Of a DNA stretch of 14,376 nt, positions 1-10,290 are shown piece after piece. The notes beneath the pieces were generated by a model. That model saw only the letters and a program-made list of their open reading frames with translations. It searched no databases and had not been told where the DNA came from. Within the stretch, counting starts at the first letter, position 1. Each line of letters begins with the position of its first letter. The stretch comes from Amoeboradix gromovi X-113 (lineage: Eukaryota > Fungi > Sanchytriomycota), in the NCBI GenBank assembly GCA_018985225.1, contig JADGIF010000211.1:1-14376 (forward strand). The letters are read 5' to 3'. The translations under genes were made by a program, and so were the position numbers.

Positions 1-794
1 GTGAAAGAAAATTGGTATAACAGAAGAAGATCTTTTATTAATGATAGCATTTCCTCCGTATGGAGCACCTCCTTTAAAAACGAGTTAGTCTAGTTTTTAT
101 ATTTGGTGTCCCATAAGTCCAGCACCAGTCAGCTCAAAAATGCAATCAAATAGTCTTGTCGGGAGGATCAGCCATGATATCAAGCAAAGTGTCCTTGGGA
201 TGGTATGCAAGAACTAATAAACCATTGAGAGCGCCTTTAAATTGTACCGAAAACCACCTGGCCCCCATCCTTTGACCTTATATGGGACAGATCAGAACAT
301 TCACGAGCACCACATAGGTCTGCCTTTTATCAAGATGCCGAATTTATAGTATCTTTAACTCAATTACCAGGTCATTTAACTGAAGTGCACAAAAAGACTA
401 TCACAACTATTATAAGGAACAAATAGATACCTGTAAAAACGGACTTATCTAAATGTAATGCATGCGTTCTTTCAGCTGCAAAGATCGAAATACGGTACCA
501 GGGAAGTCAAGAAAGTGCGCATTCTCAGATCCTGATGTGAAAAGAAATTCTTAGATCTACTGTATAGACCACCTTTACGAAGCATGTCAGCTACGTATAT
601 GCTGAACGATGCTAGAGAATGAGCAAGATTAAAAAGCTATTTTCTATGGCTGTGGTAGTAATGAGCAAAGCAGAGGTCATTTTAGTGCCATGAACAGTAT
701 TGCTGATTTCTAAGCACAGCAGGAAAAACAAGAAATTTGTAGAAACGACTTGTGGCCTAAAGCTTGGCAATAAGATGTGGGGCACTTGTACTAA

Positions 795-1563
<769 letters not shown>

Positions 1564-1580
1564 CAATAAAATTCTTATAT

Positions 1581-2726
1581 TTATTGGTTCTTATTTCCTG
1601 ACTTTAATATGGTCAGTTGTGCTAGCGCGAGTACTTCATGTATATCTACTTGTGGTTTCTCTGTATATTTTTTGATTGTATCAGTTCTAGCATCAATTTT
1701 AGCAGCCAAAACTCCACTTGAAATCATCTGTTCCACATGGCTCGTCGGATCAGATTCACCAATTAATTCCCCAATAGTACTTAGCTTAAGTTCATCAAAT
1801 GCATCGAATACGCCCGTTATGGATAGTATTTTCAGTTTACCAATAAATCTATCACAATGATCACATGTGTAAAGGTCCATTCTTAGCTCATCAATCATAC
1901 ATTTAAATTGAATCATAGCATTTTTGTATCTTAGCTGAGTAACTAGATGCAACAAATCACGATAAACAGGTTCTAACTCAAGATATTCTCTAAAATTGTC
2001 ATTTTTACTCAGTTCAATCAGGGCCGGTCTATTCAGGGAGGAAATAGCACAAACGACGCCATATCGAGAAATGTCATTAATTGATAAAGCGCAAGCAATC
2101 ATAGGATTAGATGTATTGAAATTGACTTTGGAAAATGATTCAATTGCGGCTTCATATCTTCCTTTTATCATCATGCATAAGCCTAACATGGCTTGGAATT
2201 GATCATTATTGGCATCTTCTACAAGACCTTTTTGGCAAAAAGACTCTACAGATCCAAAATTCTTTAACATCCAGTTTACTTTTATTAAATGGAGGCAGAC
2301 TTCAACGATATGTTCTGAAGTTGCTGAATAGTCCTTGGATTTGATATAATTCTTCAACGCTTCACCATATTCACCGATATCAAAGAATAAATGACCCATA
2401 TCTAAATGAGACAATCTTATCTTTTCTTTTATACCATTGTTTTTATCCCGTAGCAACTCATCTTGAATCAGTTCATATTGATGCCTAGCTTCTTTGTTAG
2501 TTGACACACACCATTCATCATCCAGTAGTATACGGTGGCCTTGCTCTTTGATTATACCAGAAACGTATTTATACAGCGTAGTATTTCTAGTTGATTGTTT
2601 TATCTCTTTGAGTGCCGAATTTAGGCAATTGTAAGCTTCTTCTTCTACCTTTGTATTTTGTGCAATGAAAACAAGTTGTTGTACCTTTGCTAAACCTGTT
2701 TTTTGTGAAATATGTTCCAATTCCAT
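1581..2726 (-). CDS. CSN1: COP9 signalosome subunit 1 (RPN7/PCI family), 381 aa
   Basis: IKEKIRLSHLDMGHLFFDIGEYGEALKNYIKSKDY, YGVVCAISSLNR, FREYLELEP and a C-terminal PCI end LAAKID match CSN1/GPS1. Confidence 0.88.
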   Translation of the reverse strand: MELEHISQKTGLAKVQQLVFIAQNTKVEEEAYNCLNSALKEIKQSTRNTTLYKYVSGIIKEQGHRILLDDEWCVSTNKEARHQYELIQDELLRDKNNGIKEKIRLSHLDMGHLFFDIGEYGEALKNYIKSKDYSATSEHIVEVCLHLIKVNWMLKNFGSVESFCQKGLVEDANNDQFQAMLGLCMMIKGRYEAAIESFSKVNFNTSNPMIACALSINDISRYGVVCAISSLNRPALIELSKNDNFREYLELEPVYRDLLHLVTQLRYKNAMIQFKCMIDELRMDLYTCDHCDRFIGKLKILSITGVFDAFDELKLSTIGELIGESDPTSHVEQMISSGVLAAKIDARTDTIKKYTEKPQVDIHEVLALAQLTILKSGNKNQ

Positions 2727-2758
2727 TGTTTTGAAAATTACCAGTCTCCTAGCAAAAC

Positions 2759-3664
2759 ATGGTAAAAATTACTATTCCTGTTGCAAACAAGAGCTCCAAA
2801 ACTAAGATTAAAATATCTTCTGATAATATCGAAGATGGCGCCAATATACCTACTGAGCGTCACTTGATATTAAGATTACCAGAGAGTATTGCTGACAACG
2901 TTCATCAGGATATCAACAATAAAAATTACGATGACATCAAAATGGAGTATTTGAATGACAAACAGGGAATATTTGTATATCAAACAATTGCTTATATATT
3001 TAAAACTGTTGATTTGCCCTGCATTTTAGAGGCTCAAAAGACCTTGGATCGTAAACAATTCTACAAAAGTGGTGACATATCCCAAATGATTTTAGTAGAT
3101 GCTACGCCTATCAATAACAAAAATGAACCTATCAATATTGAGGAAATTCGTGAAAATTTACCCAAATTAGAACGGAAAGAATATATATATCCCCACGGTT
3201 TAACTCCTCCACTGTATAATGCACGTAAACGAAGGTTTAGAAAGAGGACGCCTAAGCATGAAATAGAAACAATAGAAGAGCAGGTTAAAAAGCTGTTAGA
3301 AAGAGATGAAGAGGCTGATGATGTAAAATATGAAATTGTTCAAGATGAGGATGATGAGTTGAGTTTTGAGAACGAGCAACCATCCATGCTACTACAGGAA
3401 AATGCTCCTAGTGATGATGATAGCTTAGTAGCTGACATTGAGAGAGAATTACAACAGGAACATGATGATTCGGACATGGAAGAAATTGGTGAAGACATGG
3501 ACGATTTGAATGACGAGATACTTTTGATAAAGGAACAAATTAAAGTGAAGGAACAGCAGATCATTACTGCTCCTAATATGATAATCAAGCAGAAAATGCA
3601 GGAGTTACTAACGCGATACCAGTTAGATTTGGCTAAAAAGATGGAGGAATTAGGCGGGACGTAA
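2759..3664 (+). CDS. TAF7: TFIID subunit TAF7 (TAFII55 N-terminal domain), 301 aa
   Basis: ERHLILRLP, VDLPCILEAQKTLDRKQFYKSGDISQM and HGLTPPLYNARKRRFRK, followed by an acidic stretch and a C-terminal coiled coil. Confidence 0.93.
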   Translation: MVKITIPVANKSSKTKIKISSDNIEDGANIPTERHLILRLPESIADNVHQDINNKNYDDIKMEYLNDKQGIFVYQTIAYIFKTVDLPCILEAQKTLDRKQFYKSGDISQMILVDATPINNKNEPINIEEIRENLPKLERKEYIYPHGLTPPLYNARKRRFRKRTPKHEIETIEEQVKKLLERDEEADDVKYEIVQDEDDELSFENEQPSMLLQENAPSDDDSLVADIERELQQEHDDSDMEEIGEDMDDLNDEILLIKEQIKVKEQQIITAPNMIIKQKMQELLTRYQLDLAKKMEELGGT

Positions 3665-3691
3665 GCAATAAACAGTTTTATTTAGTTTAAT

Positions 3692-4441
3692 TTAATATTT
3701 AAGCATATCTAAATTAATTGCACAAGCTTTTCTTGATTTGCCAAAGTTTAGTTTTAGCTGCCCTTTTTCTGGTTTCTTCTTTTTAATGGGTTCCTCATTT
3801 TCAAATATAATTCCAAGAGCTTTGGTCCGATCTTTGCAAGTTTGCCAACTAAACCTGACATTATTTTTGTAAGCAAATATTGGATGAATTGTTTTTAAAT
3901 ATTTAATAGTATAAGGGTCCCCAGGATATCCACTTCCCATTCCTACCCCAATTAAGGAGTCCCGGTGTACCTTGGCGCAAATAGAAGCACCCATTACAGA
4001 TTTATATTTTGTGTCAGCCTTGGACTCTACCACTATTCTATGATTACATATATTTTCCAATCTAATTTGATGATGTTTGGCATGTCCTAGAGTGTCAACG
4101 TAAACACATTCGATACTTAAATGTTTGATTCTGTTTAACAGCAAAGCAGTTGCTTCTAAGGCTATTTCATTTAAACTAACTCCAAGAAGCATGTGCTCAC
4201 TAATGTAGGTAGCTGGGATACTCACTATGAAGTAGTTGATTTTCAAATCCCTTAGTATTTGTTCTCTTAATTCCGCAGTCAATTGTTTAGAATCATTTGT
4301 GTAATCTGGCCATTCGTATCCAATAGGTTCTAATGCCAAACAATAAACCATATCACCCAAAACAGGACCTCTTCCGGCCTCGTCTATTCCTGCAATGAAT
4401 GTTTGTTTTAAATCGCAATTCAAAAATTCTTGTATCTGCAT
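3692..4441 (-). CDS. RNH201: Ribonuclease H2 catalytic subunit A, 249 aa
   Basis: GIDEAGRGPVLG, DSKQL, VYVDT, ESKAD...ASICAKVHRD, GSGYPGDP and VRFSWQT. Confidence 0.95.
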   Translation of the reverse strand: MQIQEFLNCDLKQTFIAGIDEAGRGPVLGDMVYCLALEPIGYEWPDYTNDSKQLTAELREQILRDLKINYFIVSIPATYISEHMLLGVSLNEIALEATALLLNRIKHLSIECVYVDTLGHAKHHQIRLENICNHRIVVESKADTKYKSVMGASICAKVHRDSLIGVGMGSGYPGDPYTIKYLKTIHPIFAYKNNVRFSWQTCKDRTKALGIIFENEEPIKKKKPEKGQLKLNFGKSRKACAINLDMLKY

Positions 4442-4504
4442 ATCTCCTCGTTAAAAGTCCTGATTTAAGCGAAAATCAAGAATTTTCAAATATAGACTAA
4501 AAAT

Positions 4505-4829
4505 GCTATTCGATCTGTTGTAATGATAGCTCAGGCTTTCACCACCCTGGAGTGGGATTGAATGAGAAAGCATGTGCATAAGTATAGTTTCTCGCTGCAC
4601 TTAGTCTACTTATACACCCAATCTCTTTAGATTTTGGGTGCCTGGGAGGCCTTGGAAAGAGTGCTTATCGTCGTTTAATAGCATGCTCTTGTTTACTGGA
4701 TGTGCTATCGCAATTGATGGTAAACGAAATTGTCGAGTTTTTACACAGCTAAGGTCTAAACGACAGCATATTGGAGTGGTGTAGCTCATTCAAGTACGAT
4801 AAATGGTTTATCCAGTTAAAATCGATAGC
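4505..4829 (+). ncRNA. Candidate structured non-coding RNA, family unassigned
   Basis: No ORF. Many long-range complementary segments, e.g. 4558-4566/4785-4793, 4647-4655/4749-4757 and 4670-4676/4758-4764. G-U pairs favour the plus strand. Folded by eye only. Confidence 0.55.
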
Positions 4830-4877
4830 TGTTTAATTAGTGGTCAAAAATAATATTTACTATATGACTTCAACAGA

Positions 4878-5503
4878 TCAGTAGTACAAAATTGCCAAAA
4901 GAATTGGTATAGCTATGAAAATTAAAACTCGAATCAATTTAGTGGCAAATAGTCCACCATCTAGCTCTTCCTCTACTGTATTTTGTAACAAGTCTATCTT
5001 CGCATACTCTATATTCACCCTCTCCGGATAGTTTTCAATAAATAAGTTAAAATCCCTATTCCAAGTCCACGATTCCTTAGCTTTGGCTACTTTATACTCT
5101 TTTGATGTGTTCATTGTGCCAGTACCAGTCTCATCTCCTGTCATATAGGACACCAGTCCCACTAACATGGATGATATGGTCCACATCGGATTCCACGATC
5201 TAAGTCAATACGGAAATACTCTTTATGAAAGCCAGTCATCGACATACATATTTTATCGCCAGGTTTAAATCTACCTGTTGGAGTAAATACTTTAAAATGA
5301 GGTGGGGCAAACGGGTAGTTCTTTTCAAATAATATCACTCCAAGATATTCTCCTCCTTCATAAGGTGTGTTCTTGGGACCCAGTATTATGAAATACCATT
5401 TTAGCAAATTGTTTTCCATCGGTCTCACTAGTATATTTTCTATTGGGTTCTTTTCAATTGATAGCAATTCTTTGTTAAGTCTGACGGTGCTTGCTTTCCC
5501 CAT
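4878..5503 (-). CDS. UBC6: ER-anchored ubiquitin-conjugating enzyme E2 (Ubc6/UBE2J2-like); exons 5503-5220 and 5199-4878, 201 aa
   Basis: MGKASTVRLNKE, GPKNTPYEGGEY, YPFAPP and TPTGRF...ICMSM (active-site Cys). Splicing restores FHKESWNPMWTISSMLVGLVSYM. C-terminal hydrophobic tail anchor VLIFIAIPILLAILYY. Confidence 0.93.
5200..5219 (-). other. 20-nt spliceosomal intron in UBC6 (GTATTTCCGTATTGACTTAG)
   Basis: GT...AG ends and a TTGAC branch motif. Removal joins two ORF-track fragments into the conserved FHxESWNPxW motif. Confidence 0.93.
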
Positions 5504-6283
5504 GTGAGACAGATTTTTGGGAAATGGCCTCAAATATGAGTTGGGGACTCTCCCTGCGAGATTGTCTCATAACAGCTGCCAATTTAAGCCCTTCGTTTCC
5601 AAGTTGGTTTTTACGCTTATTCCAATAACCATGTACATTGTTTCCTGCGTTACTAGTAGCGCTGTTCTGATCAGATTATGCAGAAGTTCAAGAGTCGCTG
5701 ATCGGCTTTCAGTTGAGCACTGCTGAGCATCTGTTGACATAAGTGTTAGCGCTATACGTCAGTAAATAATTTTCTCACATTTTGTTCTTCGTCATTCTCG
5801 TCTTTTTGAGGCAATCATTATCTTTACTGGGTGCGGCTCAACAAATATACTGATGCCGATCATTTACCTTATTCAGTGATATCATAACCGTAAAAGAGAC
5901 AAGAACTGCTGCTGTATAAATACGATAATTTTACTATTGTATAAGTAAATAAGTGGGATTAGATTTAATCTATCAAATACCTGCAGGAAGTTCAATCAAG
6001 TCCCAGTCTGCCATTTTACAAAGTTTGTCATATGGTCTCTACAAAAACTAGTTTAAGTTTCTAAATAAACATCTCAAAAGGTAGTGCAACTCACATAGAA
6101 ATTTTACGGTAATAATCTGACTAGTTATGTGTAATCGGGTTTTGGATATATAATAGCTCAATACTATTTTTATTTTGTTATCCAATTTTACTCCTAATCT
6201 ACCTACAAAAAGCAAGCCTCGTCTATCCCAGTAGCCAAATCGAGACATATTATTTACTGTTTCTTGTTCATATTAAATTACTA

Positions 6284-6895
6284 TCATTTCTTTTCCATTT
6301 CTTCCTCGCTATTGAACCAGTCGTATAATTTCTTTACAGATTGCTGAGTGTAAGGGCTTTGTTGTATAGATTCGAATGTAGATGACACTGTATTGTATAC
6401 TTGTGAGGAAACTGAAGTCACAAAACCATTTACAGAGTCAGTAAGATTGCTAGAACTCAAATTCTGATTATGAAAGCTGTTCATATCTCTTGGCTTTATC
6501 ACTGGTTTTTTTGGTACCACTATGTTACTTTTGTTAAATTGCGTACCCTTCAGTTTGCAAGTCAGTCGTTCTTTGTACTCACTTGCAATTTCCGTGTAGT
6601 ACCTGTCTTGTATAACAACATCGAAAAATTCTTTGCCAACAAATTCCTGAAATCTTCTATTACCTCCCATCTCCATTCTCTGATATTGTAATTCAGTCCA
6701 GTTGTCAAGATTTAGTGATCTTACAAAACTTACATGTACTCCCATGCCTCTATGAATCCCACTACATGTTAAACATATGTATATCCCAAAATCCAAACTC
6801 GCCCACGACGGCATCGGTTGCTTGCAATCACAGCATCTCATGTTCTCATCATCTGTATCCTGCAGTTCGTGTATTTTTACTTTGTAATCTTCCAT
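6284..6895 (-). CDS. ARF GTPase-activating protein (Gcs1/ArfGAP1-like, short), 203 aa
   Basis: Zinc finger CCDC-x16-CLTC followed by SGIHRGMGVHVSFVRS, then W...MEMGGN. Confidence 0.9.
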   Translation of the reverse strand: MEDYKVKIHELQDTDDENMRCCDCKQPMPSWASLDFGIYICLTCSGIHRGMGVHVSFVRSLNLDNWTELQYQRMEMGGNRRFQEFVGKEFFDVVIQDRYYTEIASEYKERLTCKLKGTQFNKSNIVVPKKPVIKPRDMNSFHNQNLSSSNLTDSVNGFVTSVSSQVYNTVSSTFESIQQSPYTQQSVKKLYDWFNSEEEMEKK

Positions 6896-6936
6896 TCACT
6901 CTTTGATTCGTTTCAAGTTATTTAAAAACATTTTAT

Positions 6937-9900
6937 TTATTTATGACGATGGTTCGGTTGTGTGTATTGACAGTATTTATCCTTAACATCTAAGATCTTA
7001 TATATTCCTTGCCTGCCAGTTGTCAGCCTATATTCATGATCTTTTATTCCACTTACGTGTCTTACTTCATTATTCCCTTTATCATCTAGTCTTGACCAGC
7101 TAAATTCAAACGGTGCGACTCCAAACAACTTCAGCACTAATTCAGCCACTTCTCCCTCAAATATGTTAACGGACTCCAATTCATTCTTTCCAAATAAAGC
7201 GCCTGGCAGCGCATGTATCTTGTAGTGTGGCGAATTATTCAAATCATTAACATTGTATTTGCTGCAGCATCCATTCAGCTGGCACGCTTTCGAAATTACT
7301 AATAATCCCTATGTTAGAACAAAAATACTGGTTCATCTGCTAGCATCTGTAATGGCTCATTTTCCGTTATTTTAAATGTATTTGTTATATATTCAGTAGA
7401 CAATGATGCCCCGTTTCCCCATTCTGTAGATTTATCCGTATTTAGCAACAGTGGATAAAATTGGGTAGTTATCTCAAATTTGTTAATTCCTTCAATATTG
7501 AACGATATTACAGAGTTAGCACACACATCTGGTTTGCTGATGATTCCGATTTCAGGAGACTGATTTATCATTATCGTCGCTACATCGTTTGTTAATAAAC
7601 TGCATTTAAATTTGTTAGCGATTCTGGTCATATACAACTTGTACACTCCACTGGTTGTATGATCTAACTCTACGTTGCTAGTTTTTGTATAATTCACTTG
7701 ATACTCTTTTACATTTCCTATCCCATCGACTAGTTTGTAGTCAACGGTTAAAGGTTCATTAATTACTACTTGCAAATCCAATTTATCACTCATACACTGT
7801 TCTATGGTATCTTTATTGAAGTGAGCTGTAGGACTGCCTATTACTTTGTATTCAATGATCTTGTTGATGTTTATATCGCTATAATGAACATCACCAATTG
7901 ATGTTATATGAACCTTGTAAATGCCTGCATCAGTGTTGTAGTTTAACAAATAAATTGCATCTCTTGTGCGTTGCTCTTGAACGTTTAGCAGTTTATTATC
8001 TTTAAAAGTCTTTATTATCAACTTGAATATACCAGATCCATTTAACTCTAGTTTAATGGTATCTAATGTAGATTGACAAATTATATTACTGTAATCATGT
8101 ACAGTTACGCTCGGTTTAGTGTAATAATCGACGCTTACTACTAGATCACTAGGAACAGTACCGGCACAGTACTTGTCATTTGCACTAACCAGTTCATAAG
8201 TGCCGCTCTCGCTGACCATTATATGGCTAGAATGACTGTTGATGTTGGTAATCGTTTTAATGACATTGTTGTGTTTCAGCTGCACTGAGAATGGTTGAAT
8301 GGCTGTACTGCTGAATATGATTGGAATCTCAATTGTAGAGCCCTCTGGCATCAATATATTGGATGGGCTATCAAATTCCACCCAAGGATTAGTGTTAACA
8401 ACGTTGACTAGCAATTTATCATCCAAATTTAAGGTACATTGGTTGACATCAGTAATTGTAGCTAGTTCATAGCTATATTGACCAACGTTTGACAGATTCA
8501 GCTCAAATTGGTAAGGTGAAATAATCTTAGATAATAGAATTTGCCTGGTAATCAAATCATGATTACTAACTACATTCATGGTTATACTCCATGGTGATTG
8601 ACCAGTAGCTATAATCGGGATAGCCGTGGGTGTGTTAACACAAACAGTGATAGAATTAGACTCGAAGTGAGCTTTGGACAATGGATTAGACTGGATTGTA
8701 AAAGATTGGTTTATATCAATTGATGGGTAAACAGCATCGCTAAAAGATTTCATAGTGTATGTATATAGTCCAGTAGTAGTGGGCTCTAACTTTATAGATT
8801 TACGGTATTTGGTAATTGTCATACTATGCTGTGTCGTTTTATCATTCACTGATTCTGTATAGTAAAGAGTGAATGGTAGAATACCCGTAAATGAAGTGTT
8901 AAGATCAAGTGCAGTTTGACCAAAGCATGCATCTTTGATTGGATTTGGGGTAAACAACACACTTGGTGGAGGCTGGAGAGTAATCGGTAGTTGGTTAGGT
9001 AGCTGCACTTTCCCACTGCAATGCATGTCATTTATACTGTTTAATGACAGCGTTCCTGGAGTCTTAATTGGAATGCTGATGAATTTAGACTCAGAATCAA
9101 TAACTTGCGATTTATCATTGATGGAATAGCTTACAGAGAATGGAGGTGAACCCGTAGCCTGCAGTTGTATAATCAACGGGTCTGACTGATTAATTCGTAG
9201 CAAAGTAGGATTATTCGGCTTGAATGATAACAAAGGTAATGGATGGATAATTAATTGAGAAGAAGGTCCTAAATGACCACGGTGATACCTAATAGAATTG
9301 TTGTGTGAATCGGTTAAAGAATCTAGATTAATACTCAGAGCGGACGGAATTGTGGTGTCAATTGGTATCGAAGTAGATTGATTGTAAACTAGTTGCTTAT
9401 TACCTGACAAAGTAGTACCAGACAGCAATTCATTGTTGATAAACAAGGAATACTTGACTGGATGAGCACCATTTATATCAAGATTGAATGACGCAGGACT
9501 ATTTTGACACAAATATTTCTGAGGCTTTATAATGGCGACTGGGCAAGGAACCATAACAGTGGAGTTAGACTTGCCTTTGAGATTGAGTCTGTCAATGATA
9601 TCTATATTAAATAGACCATAATCGAACGAGCTATTTAGCGGAAGATCAAATTGGTTTTGGATGTTGTGATATTTAAGAGTCTTGATGGGTAAATTGGAAG
9701 ACTTATTAATGGCTTGATGGTTAATAGATATGTTTACATTCCATGGACCATGACCGTTGATGTTTACAGACAGCATGCCGCATTTCTTAGTCAAAACAGC
9801 AAAACTAGGTGAATGGAGAGTAACGAGGTACTCACCATGAATATTTCCGTAAAATGAAGTAGGGTTCGAGTTGGATACTAGCTGGCCACGAGGGTTATAA

Positions 9901-10241
9901 ACCGTAGTTGGTAAATCCAAAGTGGCCTCCACAGAAGGCATATTATTAGCATAGTGGCTAATACCAAGGTTAAATAGAATGCCATATAATAAAATACTAG
10001 CACTAGTAATCTTAATGTTCAGTGGTTGGAAAGCAGTTCCAGTGTACAAAATGGGAATTTTAACAAAATAGAGCATTGAAAAATAGATGGTGTCCAATGT
10101 TACAAACAATGCTGTGTAATTGCGTTCATTCAAGCCATTTAAAGCGCTGAACAAATAGATACATTTCACCAGCCAAATTAGTAAAAACGACAGCAAAAAA
10201 AGCCTCCGTTGGTCAATTGGATCCAATGATATTTCCAACAT
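6937..10241 (-). CDS. POM152: Nuclear pore membrane protein Pom152-like; exons 10241-7329 and 7308-6937, about 1094 aa
   Basis: N-terminal DxxxQR motif followed by hydrophobic TM segments, then repeated Ig-like units with GxxP[FW] (GHGPW, GSPPF, GILPF, GQSPW, GVAPF) and DxxC (NDMHC, TDVNQC, NDKYC, KDKYC). First in-frame ATG is at 10241; the ORF-track TTG start at 10250 is unlikely in a eukaryote. Confidence 0.85.
7309..7328 (-). other. 20-nt spliceosomal intron in POM152 (GTATTTTTGTTCTAACATAG)
   Basis: GT...AG ends and a canonical CTAAC branch motif. Removal fuses the 978-aa and 101-aa ORFs (ADEP|GLLVISKACQ...) with no stop. Confidence 0.92.
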
Positions 10242-10290
10242 TCGAACCAAGGAGAATTTGCATTATTTTTGATAAAAGCGGATAAAACCA

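Noticed and set aside
318-336. U5 snRNA loop I-like GCCTTTTAT
   Set aside because: It deviates from the invariant GCCUUUUAC, the flanking stem is only 3 bp and out of register, and no convincing Sm site follows.
2947-2965. Intron-like 19-mer GTATTTGAATGACAAACAG inside TAF7
   Set aside because: Removal would frameshift an intact conserved ORF, and the TGAC adenosine is at -8 rather than -6.
4647-4786. Group I intron or hammerhead reading of the structured region
   Set aside because: A P3/P7-like order can be drawn, but the G-binding G-C pair, P8 and the R/S consensus are absent; there is no CUGANGA hammerhead core.
5543-5599. RNase MRP-like motifs on the minus strand (AAACGAAGGGCTTA and GAGAGTCCCC)
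   Set aside because: They occur in the wrong order (CR-V before CR-I) and only about 30 nt apart; there is no supporting P1-P3 architecture for a permuted gene.
5517-5726. 69-aa plus-strand ORF
   Set aside because: TTG start, no recognisable motif, and it lies in a region better explained as non-coding.
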